Shown: piece by piece, positions 1-8,379 of the stretch
Layout: every line of letters starts with the position of its first letter
Position numbering within the stretch: the first letter of the stretch is position 1
Assembly (NCBI GenBank): GCA_016929065.1
Contig: JAFGJO010000042.1
Coordinates: 96,300 to 160,299, forward strand
Reading direction: 5' to 3'
DNA from: Spirochaetales bacterium
GTDB lineage: Bacteria; Spirochaetota; Spirochaetia; SZUA-6; RPPD01
Length of the DNA: 64,000 nucleotides
The notes under the pieces: generated by a model
Databases searched by the model: none
The model's input: the letters and a program-made list of their open reading frames with translations, nothing else
Told to the model about the DNA's origin: nothing
Translations under genes and position numbers: made by a program

Positions 1-187
1 CTGACCCAGAGAAGACATCAAATATACAAAGCTTTCGTTTGGCTAATGAACCCTGAATACGTTCAAGTCCGGACTGAATAAACTGCAGTAATGCCCGTTT
101 GTTCCCGATGCAGGTTATCAGTTGGTTTGAAAGATAATCAGCATTCTCCATTAGTGATGGAGATTCTTTAATCAGATTGTGTTTCAT
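1..187 (-). CDS. N-terminal fragment (62 aa) of a D12-class (Dam / T4-Dam-like) N6-adenine DNA methyltransferase; the gene runs off the left edge of the window
   Basis: ATG at 187-185 with an open frame to position 1 and no stop. The protein begins MKHNLIKESPSLMENADYLSNQLITCIGNKRALLQFIQSGLERIQGSLAKRKLCIFDVFSGS. 'ITCIGNKRALL' matches the Dam N-terminal motif (T4 Dam 'IAYTGNKQSLL', E. coli Dam 'WAGGKYPLL'). About 20 aa later 'IFDVFSGS' matches MTase motif I FxGxG (T4 Dam 'FVDLFCGG'). Confidence 0.55.
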   Translation of the reverse strand, partial: MKHNLIKESPSLMENADYLSNQLITCIGNKRALLQFIQSGLERIQGSLAKRKLCIFDVFSGS

Positions 188-360
188 GTTCAATATCAAT
201 TTCCTCGCTCACAGTGTAGTGATAAATGGAATTTCCGGCAAGTAATCGGTAAACCGGGGACAGAGGAACATACGAATATATTTCATGTTAAAGTAAAAAC
301 TGAAAAAAACTCGGACTTCTGGTAAAGTAAAAAAAAGGACCCTCCACGACAGATTTACTA

Positions 361-1344
361 TTAATAAGACTCTGGCAATCGCATTGAATACAGCTCCGTC
401 CCCTCAAAATTGCCTGATTCGGTAAAACATTCCTGAATGGACTGACGGCAATGGGTATACATATTTTTTGAAACATACATATTCCCGGGGTGTGCGTATT
501 TCTGGCCGATATGCGCCAAAGAGTTTACTGCATCTGAAATTATCCGCCCTGTTTTGCCCCGTTCACGATAAACTGTGCTGCCTGGATAAAGAACAATCCG
601 GTAGGAAAGCAACAGTTTTTGTTCAGAATTATCGACGCTGATTATCCGGCGCGACAGCATCAACCGCATACACGTTACGATTACCTCTGTTGGATTTTCA
701 TTATACGGAAAAAGAACAATACCGCCGAAATCATTCCATATCCACAATCTCCCATTTTGTTGCGACACATATGACTCAACCGTTCGCTGGAAATTGTGTA
801 AAAGCCGATCGATGGTTGATTCACGGACCCGATTTCCGAAATTCCGCGAGCCATCAAGTTCAATATACATCATGGTAAAAAGATACTCCGTCCCTGTCTG
901 GACATTTTTCCAATCACTTGCTTTCTTTACCAGGGAGGTTATTAATTGATTTTTACTGTTTCCCGCTTCCTGATCTGAAAAATCAACATTCTGCCTGCAC
1001 AATATTTCATTAAACCTCTTTAATTCCATTGGCTGCCGGCATAACTGCGGCCCCAAATAATCGTGCAATCCAGACGAAAACAATAATGCTGGATCACTGA
1101 TCGCCTGTTTATGATCTATGATTCCGACAAAATACTTTTTTTTATCACTCACTCTCAAAATTGACCTGATTTCCTTCTGTGAAAAAAAAGTAATATCAAA
1201 ATAATAAAAAACAGTCGCGTTATTCTGCCGGATAATTTTACTTGTCATCTCTACTGAACAGTAATTCAAGGTAAATTTGCTGCAACTATGCAATTTCTCG
1301 AATATTTTCTTTACATTTCGGTCTGAAAAAACAAATATTCTCAC
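361..1344 (-). CDS. Class III adenylyl/guanylyl-cyclase-homology-domain protein (paralog B). C-terminal cyclase-like domain of about 170 aa; N-terminal domain of about 160 aa of unknown function
   Basis: 'LFTMMYIELDGSRNFG' aligns to the metal-binding 'ILFxDIVGFT' motif. 'NGRLWIWNDFGGIVLFP' aligns to 'KIKTIGDAYMA'. 'LSYRIVLYPGSTVYRERG...GRIISDAVNSLAHIGQKYAHPGNMYVS' aligns to the 'GLHxGxV..GxxVNxAARL..A.PGxIxVS' C-terminal motifs. The start lies 3 nt after the stop of the upstream paralog. Confidence 0.5.
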   Translation of the reverse strand: MRIFVFSDRNVKKIFEKLHSCSKFTLNYCSVEMTSKIIRQNNATVFYYFDITFFSQKEIRSILRVSDKKKYFVGIIDHKQAISDPALLFSSGLHDYLGPQLCRQPMELKRFNEILCRQNVDFSDQEAGNSKNQLITSLVKKASDWKNVQTGTEYLFTMMYIELDGSRNFGNRVRESTIDRLLHNFQRTVESYVSQQNGRLWIWNDFGGIVLFPYNENPTEVIVTCMRLMLSRRIISVDNSEQKLLLSYRIVLYPGSTVYRERGKTGRIISDAVNSLAHIGQKYAHPGNMYVSKNMYTHCRQSIQECFTESGNFEGTELYSMRLPESY

Positions 1345-1347
1345 CTG

Positions 1348-2268
1348 TTACTCCAGATTGACTTTATAATTATACAAAGCATAAATATGCCGTTCCTTGC
1401 AGAGGGAGAATAAATCAGCGATTCTACGATCAAGACACACAAATACCTTATTGGAAACAGTAACTGAGTTTGGCTGTGTGAATTTTGATTCAATATCTGA
1501 TATTTCCTTTATTGTGTCATTTTTTTTAAGAGATTCAGTATTCAAGCTAAAAACATGCCTGCCAGAATGGATTGCAAATCTTACTTCCAACGGAGTTGAT
1601 ATTTCACGAGCAATTCTATTATAGAAAAACAAGTCATGTAGAATCTCGACAGCGCACATCGTCGCCTGTAGATCTTTGCGCGAAAAACAGAATGCCGCCA
1701 ATCCTCCGTCCCCTTGCGTTGTCCAGAGTCGTCCATTTCGTCGTTCAAGCGCCGTATTTACCATGGAAAACAAATCATGATACGTTTTCTCAATTTTTTT
1801 CCTTGAATTATTTCTTACCAGTTTTGAATTGCCACAAATATCGAATCGCAAAAAGGTCATTTCATATTCAATACCTTCCCGTAAAACACCCCAGTTAACA
1901 CTTTTATGAATCCTTGAATCTTCAACGAACATGCTGTTTTCGCTGTCAAAAATATATCCATGAATCTGAAGCCCCTGAATAATTCTTGAAAGATATGCAA
2001 TGGGATATTTTCTTCCCCTGAATCCCCGATTTTGTGCGCAAATCAACAACTGGACAAAGTCAGGAAACAATTGAGCATTACAAATATCTTCAATTATTTG
2101 TTTGGCGGCATTTGCACTTGGTATGGAGATGCTCTCTCGTGATCCAAACTGTTTATGGAGGTCATATCCCGGCAACATTTCCTGAATCAGCTGAACCATC
2201 AGTTTCACTGTCATTGATTCACAAAGAGCTTTTCCCGCAAGATTTCTTAAATGCGTTTTAATAACCAT
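1348..2268 (-). CDS. Class III adenylyl/guanylyl-cyclase-homology-domain protein (paralog A). N-terminal domain of about 135 aa is uncharacterised
   Basis: 'TFLRFDICGNSKL' matches the first metal-binding Asp motif. 'NGRLWTTQGDGGLAAFCF' matches the second Asp motif (KTIGDxxMAxF). 'ATMCAVEILHDL', 'EVRFAIHSGRHVF' and 'TIKEISDIESKFTQPNSVTVSNKVFVCL' follow the canonical class III order. Confidence 0.55.
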   Translation of the reverse strand: MVIKTHLRNLAGKALCESMTVKLMVQLIQEMLPGYDLHKQFGSRESISIPSANAAKQIIEDICNAQLFPDFVQLLICAQNRGFRGRKYPIAYLSRIIQGLQIHGYIFDSENSMFVEDSRIHKSVNWGVLREGIEYEMTFLRFDICGNSKLVRNNSRKKIEKTYHDLFSMVNTALERRNGRLWTTQGDGGLAAFCFSRKDLQATMCAVEILHDLFFYNRIAREISTPLEVRFAIHSGRHVFSLNTESLKKNDTIKEISDIESKFTQPNSVTVSNKVFVCLDRRIADLFSLCKERHIYALYNYKVNLE

Positions 2269-2467
2269 TTTGTATCACCAGGAGAGTATGCATATTGAAA
2301 TTACTTTAATGAAAATTGCCCAATTGGTGAAGAGGGGGACGAAGAATTGTTTTTTTTCTTATGTATTCAATTTTCTTATAAAAAAGACTTATTTTTTCTT
2401 TCATTCAGCGTTAAAATATAAATTATGAAATTGGACTATATAACAAATTCAAAAAAAGGAGCTTACA

Positions 2468-3454
2468 ATGGAATACAGGTTACTCGGAAAAACCGGATTA
2501 AACATCTCGGAAGTTTCACTCGGGACATGGCAGGTAGGAGGAACATGGGGAACCAGCTTCAATGAAATAAATGCAAAAAAAATACTGCATGCTGCCATCG
2601 ATAAAGGCATTAATTTTATTGACACTGCAGATGTTTATGGCAATGGCCTGAGTGAAAAAATGACAGGTGAGGTTATTAAAACCAGAAGTGAAAATGTTTA
2701 TATTGCGACAAAATGCGGAAGAAAAATATCACCCCACACCAGTGCCGGGTACACACCAAAAGCTTTGCAAAAATATGTGGAGGACAGCCTGAAAAATATG
2801 AAAATTGAATGTATAGATCTTATTCAATTGCATTGCCCTCCAACTGAGGTATATTATCGCCCGGAGATTTTTGAGCTGTTCGATCGGTTAAGGGAGGAAG
2901 GAAAAATAAAACATCTTGGGGTAAGTGTTGAAAAAATTGAAGAAGCAATTAAAGCAATTGATTACCCGAATGTCTCTACCGTGCAGATCATTTTCAATAT
3001 GTTTCGGCACCGCCCGAAAGAGCTTTTTTTCAAGCTCGCAAAGGAAAAAAATATTGGAATAATAGCCAGGGTTCCTCTCGCAAGCGGTTTGTTATCGGGA
3101 AAAATAACTCCTGAAACCAAATTTGATGAAAAAGATCATCGTATGTTTAACAGGGACGGAGGATCATTCGATAAAGGCGAGACATTCTCAGGAGTTGATT
3201 TAGCGGATGGTTTCAAAGCGGTGAAGGAATTACAAAAAATATTCCCTGACAATGCAACTCTGGCTCAATGGGCGATTAAATGGATACTGATGTTTCCAGA
3301 AATTAGTTGTGTCATTCCCGGAGCTTCCAGACAAGAACAGGTGATCTCGAACGTGCATGCAAGCACACTTTCTGCCATTCCAGAGAAGATCATGATCCAG
3401 GTAAATAGTATCTATGATTTATTAATCAGGAAATCTGTTCACCAGAGATGGTAA
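2468..3454 (+). CDS. Aldo/keto reductase family oxidoreductase
   Basis: N-terminus 'MEYRLLGKTGLNISEVSLGTWQVGG.WG' and 'IDTADVYGNGLSE' are AKR hallmarks. RBS AAAGGAG lies 6 nt before the ATG. Confidence 0.85.
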   Translation: MEYRLLGKTGLNISEVSLGTWQVGGTWGTSFNEINAKKILHAAIDKGINFIDTADVYGNGLSEKMTGEVIKTRSENVYIATKCGRKISPHTSAGYTPKALQKYVEDSLKNMKIECIDLIQLHCPPTEVYYRPEIFELFDRLREEGKIKHLGVSVEKIEEAIKAIDYPNVSTVQIIFNMFRHRPKELFFKLAKEKNIGIIARVPLASGLLSGKITPETKFDEKDHRMFNRDGGSFDKGETFSGVDLADGFKAVKELQKIFPDNATLAQWAIKWILMFPEISCVIPGASRQEQVISNVHASTLSAIPEKIMIQVNSIYDLLIRKSVHQRW

Positions 3455-3550
3455 TTTTTACTATTCACTTAATCTGGTGTTTAACCATTTACGGGTAACA
3501 TTTCGATGAATTGACGAATATCACTGATTATTTTAAGCCTTGATCTACCG

Positions 3551-3579
3551 TTGACAGGATAGAAAACTATCAGTATTTT
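3551..3579 (+). promoter_or_regulatory. Candidate sigma70 promoter for gltBD (TTGACA, 17 bp spacer, TATTTT), leaving a 5' leader of about 255 nt
   Basis: TTGACA at 3551-3556, spacer ggatagaaaactatcag, TATTTT at 3574-3579. Confidence 0.35.
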
Positions 3580-3840
3580 ATTAAAACAACCAGGACACTC
3601 ACGTGGAGCTTTATGGTATTTCTTTACTTTTTTGTAAAAATACGGTAAAACTCCAATTGGTGCCTGGAAAAGAACAAACTTTTTACTGAAAGCATCAATT
3701 ACTCAACGCGCTGGAGCTTGTTGGGTTTCCCGTCAATGGCAAGACATCTCTTGTGGAGCAATTAAATGGAGATACAGTCAAACAGGTGAGGTATGCCTGT
3801 GGAGTATGAATTCTATTAATATGCAAGGAGCAAGCAGCAT

Positions 3841-6800
3841 ATGAGGAAGGCCGAAGGGCTCTATGATCCCCAATACGAACATGATGCCTGCGGTGTTGGC
3901 TTTGTTGTCAATATCAAGGGACAGAAAAACCATCAGATTGTCACCGATGGGATTACGATTTTAAAAAACCTCGTCCACCGCGGAGCTATCGGCGGAGACG
4001 GGAAAACAGGAGACGGCGCGGGAATTCTGATCCAGATACCGCACGATTTTTTTGTTGACAGCACACTCCGGCTCAAAATAAAGCTCCCCAAAGCCGGTTC
4101 CTACGGTGTGGGCATGCTGTTTTTACCACAGGAAAAAGCTGAACAGGACAAATTAAAGAAAATAATAGCTGACAAGGTAGCGGCCAAAGGCGGTGTTGTA
4201 CTGGGCTTTCGGGAAGTACCCACCGACAGTTCCTGCCTGGGTGAAATCGCCCTTTCTTCCATGCCTTCGGTATGGCAGGTTTTTATTTCATTCGATGAAA
4301 TGAAAGACGCTGAACTGGAACGCAAACTGTATATTGTCCGCAGGTCAATAGAAAACGCTGCAGCGAAAAAAAAGTATTCGATAGAAGATTTTTATATCTC
4401 ATCGCTTTCCTGCCGCACAATTGTCTATAAAGGCATGCTCGATTCTCCGCAGCTGGACCTGTTTTTTCCCGATCTCATCAATCCGCAGATGAGCAGTGCC
4501 ATTGCAGTGGTGCATGCGCGCTACAGTACGAATACATTCCCGTCGTGGCCTCTTGCACAGCCGTTCCACCTCCTTGCCCATAACGGCGAAATCAATACAC
4601 TCCGCGGAAATGTCAATAAAATGAATGCCCGTGAATCCTCTCTCGAGTCTGAAGTATTTGGAAAAGAAATCAAGGAGCTGTTCCCTGTTATCACCCCCGG
4701 GTTAAGCGATTCCGGCCAGCTCGACAATGTATTCGAGCTGTTGTGGCAGAGCGGCCGGTCAATCGAACACTCGATGATGATGCTTATTCCCGAAGCATTC
4801 GGCCAGAAATACCATATCAGCCAGGACAAGCGCTCATTTTTCGAATACCATTCCGCAATACTGGAACCGTGGGACGGTCCTGCAGCGGTTGCCTTTACTG
4901 ACGGTTTGAAAGTGGCGGCGATCCTTGACCGGAACGGCCTTCGGCCCGCCCGCTATATCGCGACAAAAAGCGGCAAGTTTATTCTTGCCAGTGAAGTCGG
5001 CGTGCTTGACATCCCCAATGAGGATATCCTGGCAAAGGGACGGCTCGCCCCCGGAAAAATGATTCTGGTAGACACCGAAAAAGGGCGCATCATCTATGAC
5101 AACGAAATCAAGGCGACCATTTCACGGCAAAAACCGTACCGCAGATGGCTCGAGCAGAACCGGATAGAATTAAAGGGGCTTTTTCAGGCACCCGGCCCGG
5201 TTGAAACCGAACTCGTATCCCTGCGGACCCGCCAGAAAATATTCGGCTACTCATTAGAAGATATCAACATGATCATCGGCCCGCAGGCGGTCAATTCCCA
5301 GGAACCAGTTAACTCGATGGGGAATGACGCAAGCCTCGCGGTACTCTCTGACCGGCCGGTACTGCTGTACAATTATTTCAAACAGCTCTTCGCTCAGGTG
5401 ACCAACCCGCCGATTGACCCTTACCGGGAAAATCTGGTAATGAGCCTGATGAGCTTTGTGGGAAAAGAGCACAATCTCCTGGAGGAGACGCCGCAGCATT
5501 GTCACCGGCTCAAGCTTCCCTTCCCCATTTTATCAAACGATGACATGGAAAAACTGAGAAACGTCAATGTGGATGGATTAAAAGCTTCGGTTGTTCCGAT
5601 GTTCTTTATCGCCTCGGAGAATCCTGGCGAAGCACTGGAAAAACGGCTGACAGAAATTGTCGCACTTGCAGAACGCCGCATTGATGACGGCACCTCTCTG
5701 ATTGTGTTGTCAGACCGTTTTGTCGATGACACGCACATCCCCATACCGGCGCTACTTGCCGTATCTGCCCTGCATCATCATTTGATTCGTGCGGGCAAAC
5801 GTCATCTGGCAGGCATTGTTGTGGAATCCGGCGAAGTGCGTGAAGTCATGCATTTCGCCACACTCATCGGTTTTGGCGCGAGTGCAGTAAACCCGTATCT
5901 TGCCTTTGAGACCATTGCCGATCTTAAAAAGAACAATACCCTCCCTGTCGACCTCAAACTTGATGAGGCCTGCGACAATTATATTACCGCAATTAAAAAG
6001 GGATTGCTGAAAATCATGTCAAAAATGGGAGTCTCGACTATCCGGTCATATGCCGGCGCCCAGATTTTTGAAATTGTCGGCATCAACTCAAAAATTGTCG
6101 AGAGCTATTTTCCCGGAACCCCTTCGCGGATTGAAGGCATCGACATGGATATCATCGCCCGGGAAGCATTCCAGCGGCATGCTGCCGCCATGGCAGAGAC
6201 CAAAACTTCAAACCTGAATCTTGCATCCGGCGGCGATATACATTATCGTTCGCACTCCCTCAAACATACCATCACCCCGGAAGCAGTCATGATGGTGCAG
6301 AAGGCGGTACGCACCAACGACTACGCTGTGTATAAACAATATTCTGCAATCGCGAATGATGCTTCAAAAAACCTCTGCACGCTGCGCGGGCTGTTTACGT
6401 TTAAAAAAGGAAAGCCCGTACCGATAGAAGACGTTGAGCCGGTCGAGTCGATTGTCAAACGCTTTTATTCATCGGCAATGTCATTCGGATCAATCAGCAA
6501 GGAAGCACATGAAACCATGGCAATCGCCATGAACCGTTTGGGGGCGGGAAGCAACAGCGGCGAAGGTGGTGAAGACGAAATCCGCTACACACCTCTTGAA
6601 AACGGCGACAGCAAAAAAAGCAAGGTCAAACAGGTTGCATCCGGCCGCTTCGGTGTCACCTCAAACTATCTTGTAAACTCTGAAGAACTCCAGATCAAGA
6701 TGGCACAGGGAGCAAAACCCGGCGAAGGGGGACAGCTTCCCGGCCACAAGGTCAATGACATTATCGCGAAGGTCCGGCATTCAACACCCGGGGTCATGCT

Positions 6801-8379
6801 GATCTCCCCGCCGCCGCACCACGATATTTATTCAATTGAGGATCTCGCCCAGCTTATTTTTGACCTTAAATGCGCAAACCCCAGAGCCCGGATTTCGGTA
6901 AAACTTGTTGCCGAAGTGGGCGTGGGAACAGTCGCAGCCGGGGTGGCAAAGGGAAAAGCAGACATGGTGCTTGTCTCCGGCCATGACGGAGGGACAGGAG
7001 CTTCCCCGATATCATCGATTAAACACGCAGGTATCCCCTGGGAAATCGGCCTTGCTGAAACCCAGCAAACTCTGGTTTTGAACAAGCTCCGTGACAAAAT
7101 ACGCGTCCAGGTGGACGGAAAAATGAAAACCGCCCGTGATGTGGCAATTGGCGCCCTGCTTGGTGCCGAAGAGTTCGGATTCGGCACCCTGTCACTGATC
7201 ACGCTTGGCTGTATTATGATGCGTAAATGCCATTTGAATACCTGCCCGGTCGGAGTGGCAACCCAGGATCCGGAATTACGAAAACGCTTTCCCGGGAAGC
7301 CTGAGCATCTGGTCAATTTCATGACCTTTGTCGCGACCGAGCTTCGGGAGATCATGGCAGAACTGGGATTCCGGACCGTCGATGAGATGGTCGGACGAGT
7401 GGATATGCTCGAGGTTCAGGACGCGGTCCGCCATTGGAAGGCCAAGGGAATTGATTTTTCAAAAATCCTTTATGCACCGAAGGTTCCAAAGGGAACCGCA
7501 CTCCGCTGCACAGGATCACAGGAAATAGACCGGACACGGTCTTTAGATACAGAACTTATCAAGGAGGCAGACAAGGCCCTGAACAGCCAAACACCGGTGC
7601 GGCTGTTTGCAGCAATCCGCAACTGCCACCGAACCGTGGGTGCAACCCTTTCCAGCGAGGTATCAATCCGTTACGGCGAAAAGGGGCTGCCCGACAATAC
7701 CATTCACTGCAAGTTCACCGGCTCTGCCGGACAGAGCTTTGGCGCTTTTCTTGCGAAGGGCATCAGTTTTGAACTTGAAGGCGATGCAAACGATTATTTC
7801 GGCAAAGGGCTCTCCGGCGGCAGGCTGGTGATCTATCCACCGAAAGATGCCACCTTCCGGCCGGAACAAAACATCATCACCGGCAATGTGTGCCTCTTCG
7901 GCGCTACCAGCGGCGAAGCCTTTATTCACGGCATGGCCGGCGAACGGTTTGGCGTGCGGAACTCCGGTGCAACTGCGGTGGTTGAGGGTGTTGGTGATCA
8001 CGGGTGTGAATACATGACCGGCGGCACGGTGGTTGTGCTGGGAAAAACCGGCATCAATTTTGGCGCAGGCATGTCCGGCGGGATTGCCTATGTACTCGAT
8101 GAAGACCAGCTGTTTGACACGCACTGTAATCTTGAAATGGTGGATATCGAGCCGGTAACAGACCTTGCCGAACAGGACCGGTTGTACGCATTGATTCAGA
8201 AACATGTAAAATTTACAGAAAGTGAATACGCATCCCGTATCCTTTCAAACTGGACCGAATATGTCATGCAGTTTGTCCGTGTGATGCCGATCGACTATAA
8301 AAAAGCACTGGAACGCCTCCGAAAAAATGAACTCAAGGGAGCAGAAGTAGTTTCGGTAACAGAGGAGGTATTCAACTAA
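3841..8379 (+). CDS. gltB: Glutamate synthase large subunit (NADPH-GOGAT alpha chain)
   Basis: 1512 aa. N-terminal Ntn-amidotransferase 'CGVGFV'. FMN and Fe-S central domain. C-terminal GXGXG beta-helix 'GNVCLFGATSGEAFIHGMAGERFGVRNSGATAVVEGVGDHGCEYMTGG'. Confidence 0.95.
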   Translation: MRKAEGLYDPQYEHDACGVGFVVNIKGQKNHQIVTDGITILKNLVHRGAIGGDGKTGDGAGILIQIPHDFFVDSTLRLKIKLPKAGSYGVGMLFLPQEKAEQDKLKKIIADKVAAKGGVVLGFREVPTDSSCLGEIALSSMPSVWQVFISFDEMKDAELERKLYIVRRSIENAAAKKKYSIEDFYISSLSCRTIVYKGMLDSPQLDLFFPDLINPQMSSAIAVVHARYSTNTFPSWPLAQPFHLLAHNGEINTLRGNVNKMNARESSLESEVFGKEIKELFPVITPGLSDSGQLDNVFELLWQSGRSIEHSMMMLIPEAFGQKYHISQDKRSFFEYHSAILEPWDGPAAVAFTDGLKVAAILDRNGLRPARYIATKSGKFILASEVGVLDIPNEDILAKGRLAPGKMILVDTEKGRIIYDNEIKATISRQKPYRRWLEQNRIELKGLFQAPGPVETELVSLRTRQKIFGYSLEDINMIIGPQAVNSQEPVNSMGNDASLAVLSDRPVLLYNYFKQLFAQVTNPPIDPYRENLVMSLMSFVGKEHNLLEETPQHCHRLKLPFPILSNDDMEKLRNVNVDGLKASVVPMFFIASENPGEALEKRLTEIVALAERRIDDGTSLIVLSDRFVDDTHIPIPALLAVSALHHHLIRAGKRHLAGIVVESGEVREVMHFATLIGFGASAVNPYLAFETIADLKKNNTLPVDLKLDEACDNYITAIKKGLLKIMSKMGVSTIRSYAGAQIFEIVGINSKIVESYFPGTPSRIEGIDMDIIAREAFQRHAAAMAETKTSNLNLASGGDIHYRSHSLKHTITPEAVMMVQKAVRTNDYAVYKQYSAIANDASKNLCTLRGLFTFKKGKPVPIEDVEPVESIVKRFYSSAMSFGSISKEAHETMAIAMNRLGAGSNSGEGGEDEIRYTPLENGDSKKSKVKQVASGRFGVTSNYLVNSEELQIKMAQGAKPGEGGQLPGHKVNDIIAKVRHSTPGVMLISPPPHHDIYSIEDLAQLIFDLKCANPRARISVKLVAEVGVGTVAAGVAKGKADMVLVSGHDGGTGASPISSIKHAGIPWEIGLAETQQTLVLNKLRDKIRVQVDGKMKTARDVAIGALLGAEEFGFGTLSLITLGCIMMRKCHLNTCPVGVATQDPELRKRFPGKPEHLVNFMTFVATELREIMAELGFRTVDEMVGRVDMLEVQDAVRHWKAKGIDFSKILYAPKVPKGTALRCTGSQEIDRTRSLDTELIKEADKALNSQTPVRLFAAIRNCHRTVGATLSSEVSIRYGEKGLPDNTIHCKFTGSAGQSFGAFLAKGISFELEGDANDYFGKGLSGGRLVIYPPKDATFRPEQNIITGNVCLFGATSGEAFIHGMAGERFGVRNSGATAVVEGVGDHGCEYMTGGTVVVLGKTGINFGAGMSGGIAYVLDEDQLFDTHCNLEMVDIEPVTDLAEQDRLYALIQKHVKFTESEYASRILSNWTEYVMQFVRVMPIDYKKALERLRKNELKGAEVVSVTEEVFN

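Noticed and set aside
288-476. 62-aa ORF on the minus strand that overlaps the 3' end of cyclase paralog B and extends into the intergenic gap.
   Set aside because: It overlaps a supported gene and has no RBS or recognisable motif.
1-2268. Interpretation of the cyclase pair as a canonical Pycsar (PycC plus PycTIR/PycTM) defence system.
   Set aside because: No TIR, transmembrane or cNMP-binding effector gene is present within the window. Only the weaker statement, cyclase-like paralogs in a possible defence context, is supported.
3600-3700. Possible sigma-54 promoter (TGGTGCCTGGAAAAG) upstream of gltB.
   Set aside because: The -24 element is TGGTGC rather than TGGCAC, and no TTGC(A/T) -12 element lies at the correct spacing.
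4101-8205. Numerous 60 to 180 aa ORFs antisense to or overlapping gltB. Examples are 4101-4325, 4521-4829, 6828-7355 and 7663-8205.
   Set aside because: They lie entirely inside a strongly supported 1512-aa GltB reading frame. They have no motifs and no RBS. They are typical GC-rich antisense artefacts.
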